Source of the DNA: Lingula anatina
Taxonomy: Eukaryota > Animalia > Brachiopoda
DNA length: 64,000 bases
Assembly (NCBI GenBank): GCA_051362555.1
Contig: CM120645.1
Location: 3,720,001 to 3,784,000, forward strand
Direction of reading: 5' to 3'
Below are positions 1 through 11,313 of the stretch, one piece after another. The notes under the pieces were generated by a model. It worked only from the letters and a program-made list of their open reading frames with translations. It did not search any database and was not told the DNA's origin. Positions within the stretch are counted from its first letter, which is position 1, and each line of letters begins with the position of its first letter. The translations under genes were made by a program, and so were the position numbers.

Positions 1-448
1 CTCAGATTTCTGTATGTTTCTTAAAATCTCTACAAGATATTTCCAAATTGTCACTCAGTAGCAGCCATACAATACAATTGCATGTTGGTGGAGGACCCCA
101 GGAAATAATTAAATGTAATTTTTGACAATAAATTGTACATATCAAAGTACTAAATATAACTTTGTGGAACAAAAGAACTGTACCTGCTACTTTTTTTTTT
201 ACCAATTTATCATTTTGTAATTTCAGGTTACAAGAGTGTGCAAGGACCAAAAATATGGTTTTAGGATTGAGCTAATCATTTTTAGTTACCTCCTATTTAA
301 AGCAAATGTTTCCTATCAGGGGAGAGGTGGAATCCTGTTTTAAGTTGGCGATAAACATAACTACCCACTAAAACATTCAAATAGTTTTCACTATGAACAT
401 AAACATATAGAGCAGTGACACCTCTTCCTACTGTTCCATTCCTGAGAC

Positions 449-3400
449 ATGGCTTACAGACAAGTTGTAGCAGGTGGAGAGAGTCTTCATCTCTTACATA
501 AGCTACAGTTGTCTCCACAATCCAAGACACCAGACACTGTGCTGGAATGGACTAAGCTTGATATAAACAATGTTGGTATAGACAACTTACCAGAGTCCAT
601 TGACAGGTGTGCAAATGTTCAGAATATATCTGCAGTATATAACAGGTTATCTTCTTTACCACAGTCCATATCCAACCTCCCACATCTCACAGTGTTGGAC
701 CTATCCAGCAATGCCTTCAATACATTCCCCATAGCACTGTGTGGCTTGACTAACCTACAGGAACTGTTCCTGTCACACAACCAGATATCTGACATACCAG
801 TGGATATCAGCAGGTTGAAGGTGCTCAGAATATTCTCCCTCTCTAACAATGCCTTTACTACATTCCCCATAGCACTTTGTAGCTTGACTGACCTAAAGGA
901 GCTGTTCCTGTTAAATAACCAGCTATCTGACATACCAGAGGATATCACCAGGTTGAAGGTGCTCAGAATATTCAAGCTCCATAACAATGCCTTCACTACA
1001 TTCCCCATAGCACTGTGTGGTTTGACTAACTTAGTGGTGCTGCACCTGTCAGAAAACCAGCTATCTGACATACCAGTGGATATCACCAGGTTGAAGGTGC
1101 TCAGAATATTCAAGCTCCATAACAATGCCTTCACTACATTCCACACAGCACTGTGTGGTTTGACTAACCTAGAGAAGCTGCACCTGTCATACAACCAGGT
1201 ATCTGACATACCAGGGGATATCACCATGTTGACAAAACTTGAGGGACTTTACCTGTCAGACAATAACATCACTCACCTGCCACCTCAAATAAAGAATATG
1301 GAAAGTCTTAGACGACTAAATGTGATTGGTAATCCTTTGGTACAACCACCTATACATATTGCCGAGAGGGGACTAGGTGCCATCAAGAGGTATTTTGAGG
1401 CATTAACTGTCACCAAGGCAATCCAGTCAAGTAGAATACAGGTCAACTTACTTGGTGAAACAGAAGCAGGAAAAACTAGCATTTCACGCACACTGCAAAA
1501 TGGAAAGTCTACCCTTACAAAGATGGCAGACAGGACAAGAGTGGTGGAGCAGGGATTATGGGAGGCTCATGAAGATGAGACTGACCTGAATATTGGCTTC
1601 AACATCAATGACTTTGGTGGACATGACATCTACAAAATAGGACATCCCATTTTTATTAACAAATGTGGCTTGGTTTTCATCACTTTTGATCTGTCGAAAT
1701 ATGACCGAGAAGACAAGGCTCATTACCAGCTCTACATTGGACACTGGATTGACAAGGTGCAGGCACAGATGCCAGAAATACAAATAGCTCTAATTGGAAC
1801 TCATCTTGATGAGGTAGAAATCCAACATGTAGAAAACATGTGTTCTGCTATAAACAAGCAACATGAAGACCACATAAACAAAAAGAAGCAGTGGTATCTA
1901 GAGCAAAAGGAGAGCATTGAGAAGAGAATAAGAGAAACACCTGAAACCCAAGCATCTCTCCAACAGGCCTATCAAAGCAAATCAGATAAACTGCAGACCT
2001 TGTATGATCAAATGAAACCCATCCACAAGGATATTTTCAGAGTCAGTTCAAAAACCTGTGAAGGAATTAAAGATCTGCGAGACTACCTCATTTCTTCTGC
2101 CAGGAGAAATGCTGAAGTTTTGCCAGGTATGTGGGTGGAAGCAGCCAAGAATATATGCACCAAGAAAATTGAAGGCTCTGAAAACACACTTGACTGGGAG
2201 ATGATTGAAGACCTCATTCTGCAGAATGCACCTACATCTTGGAAAGAGGAGAATTCAGAGGAAGAAACAGAAAAAATGATATGTGACATCTTAAGTTTTC
2301 TTGCTCATCGTGGAGACATCATTTGGTTTGATAGATGTCCCTCACTGATGAAAGTAGTTTTCCATAAGCAAGAGGTTCTAGTTAATGTTCTCAAGGCAGT
2401 CCTGAGTCATGATCAAGAGGCCGTATCAGAAAAGCTACAGAAATCCATGAAGATTACTAAAACCAAAGCAAATGCCATGCATGGAGACATTTTCACCAGA
2501 GGGATCATATCCAAAGAGGCTATGGGCTGCCTGTGTGAGCCTTTCAAATTATCAAGTACTGAAGTCAATGTCATGATAGAAATGATGCAGAAACTGGAGC
2601 TGTGCTATCAAGTCCAGGAAGATGAATCCCTCCCATCCAATACCTCATACCACTTTCCATGGCTCCTCACTGAAGAAAGGCAACCTGAGCTAGACACCAA
2701 ATGGCCCAGCAAGGTGGCCCCAGACACCACACAACTTACCCTGCAGGTTCTCTTTCCATACAAATGTCCAGATGGCTTATATGAGAAATTTTCTGTTCGT
2801 CAGCACAAGCATCTTGGACTTATGAAGACCATGCGAATGGACTGGAAGGATGGGGTGTATGCAGAACTTAAGGGATGTAAAATGCAGGTGACACGAGGGC
2901 TACACCAGCCAAGTCCTGATGCAGTCAGCCAAGTCCCAGACTGGTTTATCAGCATTGCTGTCCGTGGATCACATCTCTCAGACATGTGGGATGCTCTCAC
3001 ACAAGGCCACAGTGACCTCATGGACATCATTAAAGAGGACTGGCCTGGGCTGTCATACGACAAATATCTGATGTGTCCCCACTGTGTGAATGAGGACAGT
3101 GAGCACCCAACCCTCTTCCCTGGGGAAATACTTGAAATAACCCTGGGGACAGCTTCCAAACCAAGACAGGTATTATGTGTCAATACTGGTGTCAACATTC
3201 CTGCAGACCTGGTCTACCCACCACACCTGGTCATGAGCTGGCAGGAAGGTAAGCACAGCAGTATAATGGCATTAGTGTAATGATTCACTGTTTCTCTTTG
3301 TTATATATGTATTTTTATTCTCAAAAATGTCTAACTAACCTGATCACCTGACCATGACATCCAAAAATTGTGCTAACAGGAAGGAGGATTTTATATTTAT

Positions 3401-3868
3401 CTTATTTGGATATCTTTTACAGGTCTCTTATCAGCAAATGACAGTTATTACCCGCTATTCAAAGGACTTGTTTCCATTTTAAGAAACGGAATAATAATTA
3501 TCCACAACATTTGCTATTCATACATCATGAAAGGACTGAATGTAATTTTTAACATTCTGTAATGTGTGGCAACATTATTTTCAGTTCTGAATGAAGTAAA
3601 ACCAAAGCTATGTGAAAACATCACAGTTCATGTTCTCCTGGACATGTTGGATCTTTTCCTCCAAGAAGGCATTATAATTGACCATGAATATAAATGGGTG
3701 AAGCCAGAGCTCCCTAAACACCAAACCTCAACTACCAGGGTGGTATGTCCAGAGAAAACTGCAGTATTCTTGGACATTCTTAAAACTAAAGGGGGAAGGA
3801 CATATGATTTATTAAGGGGATGCTTCATTGAAAATGGACAAAGTGAGCTTGCTACCCTCCTCAAATAG
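449..3868 (+). CDS. MFHAS1-like: ROCO protein copy 1: LRR(~12)-ROC GTPase-COR-CARD; predicted join(449..3248,3585..3868), ~1027 aa
   Basis: 943-aa ORF with 23-aa LRRs, P-loop GETEAGKTS, DFGG (G3), GTHLD (ROCO-type G4), VSSKT (G5), COR-like region and CPHC motif. Donor GAAG|GTAAG after 3248 is phase-1 compatible with acceptor ttttcag|TTCTG at 3585. Confidence 0.9.
3585..3868 (+). CDS. Terminal CARD/death-fold exon (type B) of ROCO copy 1
   Basis: VLNEVKPKLCENITV..LLDMLDLFLQEGII..EYKWV...EKTAVFLDILKTKG..YDLLRGCF.ENGQSELATLLK fits the six-helix CARD pattern; acceptor context is conserved in all copies. Confidence 0.8.
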
Positions 3869-4435
3869 ATGAAAGTGGCCAAGAGAACTGACTCTATGGA
3901 CTCACTCAGACTATGTGCAGCAGTCATGTTATCTAGATGGTACAAAATTTAATGTACTTTCAGTCAGCCACTTTGGCCACCTGACTTAATTGTTACAACT
4001 CAGTCTACATGGGGAATATTTCTGACGCGAAAAATAGTAATAGCTAGTCTAAGACTATCCTACTGTTTAAAGTGCCAAGTGTGGTATAATTAAAATAAAA
4101 GTATATAGCCATATCTGTATTTATACATGTAAATACAAAGACATAATTAACCAAAGAACAGTAAAATAGATTTAGTGCATTAATTTAAATTTGTTTCTTA
4201 TTAGGATTTATTTAGATAAATTAGGATCGTTGATGTAAATAATGACCCAGTCAAATCATTACTATATCAGTGGCAAATAAAGTGTTAGTATTAAGTGGAA
4301 TTTCATTGAATTAATAAATTATTTTTGAGAAATTAAAATTTTAGGATTAAGTATCTTTTTCATCCACTCAATACACCAACCACAAATGTTATGTGTAGTA
4401 TAACAACATAACATAATGGTTCGCCTGCTGCAGTT

Positions 4436-4648
4436 CCATATATAGACTTACAACCAAACCCAATGATTCACCTACCACAAAGAAGGTCTGTGTGTTATAG
4501 TCAGTACCATATGTAGACTTCCAACCAAACCCAATGTTTCACCTACCACAAAGAAGGTCTGTATGTTATAGTCAGTACCATATATAGACTTACAACCAAA
4601 CCCAATGATTCACCTACCACAAAGAAGGTCTGTGTGTTATAGTCAGTA
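4436..4648. repeat. Three tandem copies of a 71-bp unit containing the ABCD exon-9 donor
   Basis: tagactt(a/c)caaccaaacccaatg...cacctaccacaaagaaggtctg recurs at 4443, 4514 and 4585. Confidence 0.85.
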
Positions 4649-4743
4649 ACATGATCCATGCATCCTTGATAGCCTGGTAGATCTTGCTCTCCACATCAAT
4701 AGACACAGCACTGGTGTATTCATCTAACAAAGCAAAATGTGGC
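4618..4743 (-). pseudogene. ABCD2: ABCD1/2-like peroxisomal ABC transporter, exon-9 equivalent (Walker B / H-loop), decayed
   Basis: atttcag|[43 protein letters not shown]|gtaggt; 126 nt. Matches the ABCD motif [15 protein letters not shown]...ITHRPSLW with substitutions at conserved positions. Confidence 0.85.
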
Positions 4744-5208
4744 CTGAAATATATGAAGACACTTGGTAATACACAGCCAGAGAATATATGAAGACATTTC
4801 TAAATACACAGCCAGGGATGGGGACAGGGATTACCACAAAAGGATGTAATACACCCTCTCCTGAAATTTCCATGCTATTAATGAAGATAGGATATGCAAA
4901 CAGGTGTTGCCCCCTCTTAAATTTCCACAGTTCCAAATATTTCATATCAAATCTTACGCTGTCAATTTTTCTATATTTTACAAAGAGGAACCTCCAAAAT
5001 ATAATTGGGCAACTCCATAGCAACAACTTGGTGACTAAACAGGACTATCCTTGATTCATGCTTACATTTAATTTTACTTCAAATCAAATTATTTTAATTA
5101 TTTAAAAATACACATCAAGTCATTGATGAAATGGTAACAATAGCTTAAAGTAATTTCATCTTAATTTTACTACATTTCAGTGAAGGTAGTTGTGAAAGCT
5201 GGTTGTAC

Positions 5209-5290
5209 CTGTGGTAGAATATCCTTGCCATTCCTATCCTCTGTTTCTCTCCTCCATATAACAAATCCTTCCAGTCACTCTCAAAGCAAC
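5209..5290 (-). pseudogene. ABCD2: ABCD1/2-like exon-8 equivalent (ABC signature), acceptor lost
   Basis: [25 protein letters not shown]|gtacaa; the LSGG signature is mutated to LYGG. Confidence 0.85.
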
Positions 5291-5686
5291 TCAGCAAATT
5301 TAAATCAAAACAAAAATACAGCATGGCCGTTCTGGGGAAAAATTCATGTGTCAGACACAGACAGAATGGTGACAACACAGACAGACAGACTAATCAGAAT
5401 ATACAGTGTAGTGTCTATTTATAAAAACAACATATCTTTGAAAATATGCCCCAATCACGCTGATTTTTAAATTCTACCTTCTTCACTTAGCATGCTCACT
5501 GAAAGTACATGGTGTTGGGGACAACAGACGCAGTTGACAGCTTTATGTACATGTACAGACGCATATTTGTCTGTGCATTAAAAGTGTTACTTTCCAAAGT
5601 ATTGAAAAAATAGTTTACTTAAAAAGGAAACATTTTTTTGTTTTATTTTGTGTATGTGTGCGTGTACATGCGCACATATTTTTTTT

Positions 5687-5744
5687 GTGTGTGTGTGTGT
5701 GTTAGTGTGTGTGTGTGTTAGTGTGTGTGTGTGTGTGTTAGTGT
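5687..5744. repeat. (GT)n microsatellite
   Basis: Interrupted TG run; a shorter paralog lies at ~34058-34078. Confidence 0.85.
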
Positions 5745-7903
5745 TGGAATGGGGGATGTAGGGCATGCAAGGGAGTCTCCCCCTCAGACAATTGTAGGTA
5801 TGCAACCCAACTCTGAAGGGACTCTCCATGACTGCAATCAACTTAACTGTATGACATGCCTCCTCCTGGTATTAAGTAGAAAAGCTGGTGGTTATCAATT
5901 AGTTGAAACAAGAAGTTGCCTTCCCCATTCATCCCCCCCCCTCCCCCCCAACAGTTGGGTTGATTTTGGCAGACCAGTTGTGTCTCTGGGCATGGGGCCT
6001 TAGAAACAGTCTATTTTAAATCTTCAGTACGAGTTTTAACTTAAAAGATACATTATTTTTATTCTGTAAAATGTGTTAAAAAGACAGTTTTCACTTTCAA
6101 CCAATTTATTGCCCTTGTCTCAGGCTGTTAGACATGGTTTCTAGTTGGAGTGTGTAAAAGAACCTTGATACAGAAGACATAGATTATGCTCTCAAATGAA
6201 GATGTATTCTTGCTTTCTTCTACAGCTCTCAGTCTCAACAGTTTTTAAATTATCAAAAAACAGGCCTTTTCCTGTGTGCATGAACAAGTGTGCGTGTGCG
6301 TATGTGCATGAACAAGTGTGTGTGTGCATGCACGTGGGTTCAACTACCATCCCAACCACGACAAAGTAAAGAGGGTTGCAATCAACTGACTGTTTTTTGA
6401 AGTTACCCATATAAATGTCAAAATTCCTATTATAGTATCACAACAGGTAAAAACAAATGACAGATAAATGTGCAATGCTCAAATATAATCCATTTCATGC
6501 AGTTAAAATACAGGTATGTTAATAAGCTAACTAATACTGATGGCACACTGAGACAATGGCAGGAGGCTATTGATTATTCATTGAGATCTAGGAAGAAATT
6601 ACAACATCGGATCTGGTCCACATATCATTTATTTATTTTTTATGTGCATGTGTATAAGTATGCCTTCAGTGAAGAAGATGTTTTAAATGCCTTCTAACAT
6701 ATACTTTGACTACAATTCTTTGTTATATATTATGATAATTCTGACATTTTTTCTGGAAACTTGTTCTAAAAAATGATTACCAAATATTAAAAAATTAAAC
6801 TTATTCCACAGATTTATTTTAATAATACTGGTGCTCTTTGAATGAACAAAGTAAAAATTGAAAATGAAAATCAAATTTTATATTTTGATATATATATGAC
6901 ATTATATCACAATTCTATCAAAAGACAATTTAAATATAAATAATAATCAATAGTTTCAAGAGTATTAAGAATCATTCAATGAAAACTAGACAAAGAAGTG
7001 AAATGGTTTTATTTAAGAGGAAAACTTCTAGCTACTTAATGTATTTGAAACACCTAAACAGATTTCTAACCTTTTTAAATGTTTAAATTTAACAGGTAAA
7101 AATATTTGAAATAAAAACAGTCTTACTTCAGAATAATTTTTTCAAGGTTTGTCATTTCATTTCAACTACATTTCACCAGAAAACTAAACTATGACATGAG
7201 AAAAAGCAGAAAAATTACACATTTTCTATAGCAGATTAATGATCTGGACACTTTTGGAGTTTACATCTGTGTAGACTGGGTGGAACATCAAAATGTATCA
7301 CTTATTTTCATTTCTAATCAAAGAAAATGTATACAAATATTCACATCAATATTCACATCAACAGATACACTTTAACTATAGCATACAATAAATTATTTTT
7401 CAATAGTTGAGGTTACACAGCACTAAGATTTTTTGTTATATATCATTGATTTTTGGAACAACAATTTCACCACAACACTACAACATACAGTTTTTAAACA
7501 TCCTCTGCATTCTATATTTGGACATCTTTGGCACCTAATAATTACACAAAGATTAAATATCTCTTCCGATAACTATTATATACTTATATCATTTACATAA
7601 TGTGCTATGAATAATTGGTAAGGATATACCATCCTTGTTCAACTCTACAGAACAATACCTTGTAATCCCTTTCACACCTTCTTCCTCTCCATCTCTTCAT
7701 CTCTTCTCTCCACCTTACACCAAAAAGGGAACAAAAACTTACAATAATCTATCAAAAAAATAAATAAATAAATAAAATAAATATAGCTTTGTGCATAATC
7801 AACAGTGTCCCATAAGTGCACTGACCATAAGTGTACTGGGTTGAATATACTGACCACAGTCAAGCTAAGACCTATAAGGGTGCACAGTAAACTGGGTGTC
7901 CAA

Positions 7904-8116
7904 TCACAGCTCTGACCCCTCTGGCTGTATCAGATGACCATGGTCCAGTAACACAGAGTCCTCTCCTAAAATGGAGCACAGTTCCTGTAGCCTCTGCTGC
8001 ATCTTAGGTATGCCAGCTAGCTGAGCCTCCAGCCCCTGTTTCTCCTCATTGTGTCCAGCTCCTCTAATCTCCAGCCTCCCTCACCATCAAACTGGAGCAA
8101 ATGAGTGTGGAACTTC
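7904..8116 (-). pseudogene. ABCD2: ABCD1/2-like terminal exon (exon 10), frameshifted
   Basis: [22 protein letters not shown] start, but a 19-nt deletion (gagagacaggcgcgtggct) relative to the copy at 35825-36056. Confidence 0.85.
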
Positions 8117-8336
8117 CTGGAAAATTGATAAATATTTAGTGTGATGTACAGAGTTTCGTGAGTGAGGATCTTGGAATTAAATGTAAATTGCAGAAAAAAA
8201 ATATGATTGCTGAATTTGAAATGAGTTTCAGAAGTATGGAAATAATTTAAGACAGAAAAAAAAGAATATTTGGGTCAAAATGAAGTACAGTGAAGTATTT
8301 GTGAACCAAGTGCCAGACTCATTTTCAGTAAAGAAA

Positions 8337-10377
8337 CTAGAGGATCAGAGAGGCGATACCGCCTCTGGATATTGTACCACCAGCTGGAGTAAGCGCATTC
8401 GTATGCCCCCCCCCCCCACCAAAAAAAAAAAAAATTGGACACCACCAGTCTTGTGCTTGACAAGCTCTATAAAATGCAATAAACAAGAGTTCTCAAAATA
8501 TGCAAAAAAAAAAAAAAAAGAAAAAAAATCAAAAAAACATAACAGTTAAAATGGTCCAATCAAGGAGATGTTCAAATTGACCTGTATTTTCCTAACACTG
8601 ATCACTCCTGTGATTTTCTAGACAATAGGCCTATTGGTTTTCCTTGAAATGCATTATCAGTATTGCATATACCGGTATGCTGACAAAAGAGAAAACCTAG
8701 GGACAACACTGGGCAGATCTCTGCTAGTTTTGAAGATATGAAGGGCAAGAAAATATGCAGAGTTCAGTTTGTGATAAAAAGTAGGTCAAAGGTCAATTTC
8801 AAGGTCACAGTATATGACTTCCTATATAAGTTTAATAGTAGCTATGGGCATTTCTTTACCAATGTTGGAGATATGAAGGCCAGGAAACAAGCAAAGTGCA
8901 GTTCATCATAAATAGTAGGTCAAAGGTCAATTTCAAGGTCACAGTAAGATTGCCAGTATATGACTTCCTATTCAAGTTCAATAGTAACTTTGGACCTATC
9001 TCTGCCAGTTTTCGAGATATAAGGGATAAAAAAATTTGCAAAGTTCAGCTTATGTTGAAAAGTAGGTCAAATGTCAATTTCAAGGTCACAATAAGAATGC
9101 CAGTGTATGACTTCCTATTCAAGTTTAATAGTAACTATGGGTGTATCTCTGCCAGTTTTGGAGATATAAGGGATGTAAAATTTGCAAAGTTCAGTTCATG
9201 GTGAAAAGTAGGTCAAAGGTCAATTTAAAGGTCACAGTTAGATTACCAGTATATAACTTCCTATTAAAGTTCAATAGTAACTATGGGTGTATCTCTGCCA
9301 GTTTTGGAGATATAAGGGCTAGAAAATTTGCAAAGTTCAGTTCATGGTGAAAAGTAGGTCAAAGGTCAATTTAAAGGTCACAGTTAGATTACTTGTATAT
9401 AACTTCCTATTCAAGTTCAATAGTAACTATGGGCGTATCTTTGCCAGTTTTGGAGATATAAAGATCAGAAAACTTCAAAGTGCAGTTCATCATGAAAAGT
9501 AGGTCAAAGGTCAATTTCAAGGTCACAGTTAGATTACCAGTATATGACATCCTATTCAAGTTCAATAGTAACTATGGGCATATCTCTGGTAATTTTGGAA
9601 TATTTAACATTTCCCCCCCTGAATATTGCGATGTTGTAATTTTTGATATAGCGCAATGCCTAAACCATATCTAAAACAAAAAATGGACACCACCTCCAGT
9701 ATTGCACTTGACAAGTTTTACAAAATGCAAGGAACAAAAGGTCTCTGGCATTTACCATTCCAGAATAAAAGCAAGTTTTCAGTTTCGGTATCTAATGGCT
9801 GCTTCTCCCGTGAAAATGCACCGATTGACCCCAAACTCCCAAAGATGAAAGGAGTCCCCAATTGTAACCCCTCACTATAACAGGAGAGCTTAGATCTGTG
9901 TAGTTTCCAAAAAATAGCACAAACAAATATTTTTTTGCAGAAAATTCCCATTTTTAGAAAATGTTGGCTTGTTTGACCTTGAAAAAAAGGTCAAAAGTCA
10001 AATCCAAGGGCATATTTGGAATCTCCAGATATGACTTTCGGTCAGGCTTCTGTGGTAATTTTTCCCATAATTCCTTTGGTTTGGGAGATATTTAGCCTTG
10101 AATTTTCAAAAATTTTGACAAGGGTGCATTTCAACAAGTGTCACGCCCAGGCCAATGCACCGACAGAGACAAAAAAACCAGGGTGTTCAAGTTGAGATCA
10201 TATGTGACCTAAATCCGAGAGATGGGGGCACAGGTCCTGGTGGTCTAGGAGGAGAAGCGGTAACGGTGACTTGTTTCCGGCGCCCGACTGCGGAGCCGCA
10301 GGAGCCGGCGGAGCTGTACGAGAACGGGGCGGGACTAAAATCATGAGTACCGCCAGCGTATACGCTGGTGGTACTAA
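8337..10377 (-). mobile_element. Non-autonomous Helentron/Helitron2-type element (HINE) with internal tandem repeats
   Basis: Absent from paralogous units (empty site cagtaaagaaa|taaatatctgaga at ~36368). It sits in an A run with no TSD. 11-bp subterminal inverted repeats at 8374-8384 and 10364-10374, a 30-bp palindrome at 10346-10375, a stem-loop at 8349-8366 and a minus-strand 3' CTAG end. Confidence 0.8.
8700..9600. repeat. ~146-bp tandem repeat, ~6 copies, inside the HINE
   Basis: aggtcaaaggtcaatttcaaggtcaca-type motif recurs at 8783, 8917, 9064, 9210, 9356 and 9501. Confidence 0.9.
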
Positions 10378-10779
10378 TAAAAATCTGAGACTAAAGCAGA
10401 ACATCTCCATGGATCTTCAACCTGTTCTCTGCCCTAGCTGCTCTTTCTTATGTCATATGTTACATCTATTCAGCAGTGAGCAATAATTTTGACTTCAGTA
10501 AGTTAATCATGAACCCAGAACTTTGTCACTACAATGTTCAAATTGATATCAATTCAATTACAGTAAGTCAGGTCTTGTGACATATATTCATCTACCTACT
10601 CCCTGTGTACACACACACCAGTAGAGGTGAACTGGGAGAGATAGGGAGACCAAACTTAGATTAAAATAAATATCTCCTCAGAACGAGATTTGGCACTTTC
10701 ATATTGTAATATTTTCTCCAACCAAAAGGAAAGATTTTTTTTTTTCAAAATAAAACCTCAGAAGTAAATTATATTTTAT

Positions 10780-10990
10780 CTCAGACTTACTCCTGTGAAA
10801 AAGAGGCACTTTTCACCTTTCATTATTATCTCTAGTGACATCCCGGAAGGGAATTTCAACATCACATGATGTTATTTGCTGAGGCCATCTTTATGCATTT
10901 TAAGTATGGCCAGAAGTTCGAGATGGCCATAAAATTCTATTATACTACCTGAGATCGAACAAGAACTTGTATTTCAAAGTGAGTGCATCT
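10780..10990. promoter_or_regulatory. Candidate bidirectional promoter / first-exon region of the ROCO unit
   Basis: A plus-strand donor CAAA|GT(G/A)AGT (~10978) and a minus-strand donor (~10790) point outward and are kept in all four complete units; TCACATGA E-box between them. Confidence 0.3.
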
Positions 10991-11313
10991 TGATGTTACA
11001 TATTTCTAATTATCATAAATATCTAAAATTTTGTAGGAAATGAGTAAACACCAAAATGGGGGATCTTTTTTTTCTTCGTGGCCATAAATGGGCGTATTAA
11101 TTTAGTTGATTAAACTGTCTTTCAAATAATATCAAAATAAATTTGTATTGTTTTAAAAATTGCTATTACATGTACCGTATGAGAATCTTAATTTGTACTG
11201 TGGTGTATATCATCATTCTTTTTGATTGATACCATTTTGCACAAAATTTAGACACCTGACTTGACACAGTACTGTCCATCATACAATTGCTTATGGTGTT
11301 TCCATCCACTACA

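Noticed and set aside
619-1227. Long antisense ORFs over the LRR regions (also 13025-14551, 27877-28293, 39067-39729, 57022-58764)
   Set aside because: They are shadows of a repeated unit that lacks stops on the reverse strand; no independent protein features.
3249-3280. ORF tails after WQEG (KHSSIMALV etc.) as true C-termini
   Set aside because: They start at a conserved GT donor and differ in length between copies; they are intron read-through.
3566-3868. Small CARD ORFs as stand-alone genes
   Set aside because: The ORF starts are mostly GTG/TTG or internal and lie near a conserved splice acceptor; better explained as terminal exons.
8856-9951. Short ORFs within the 146-bp repeats
   Set aside because: Translations of non-coding tandem repeats inside the HINE.
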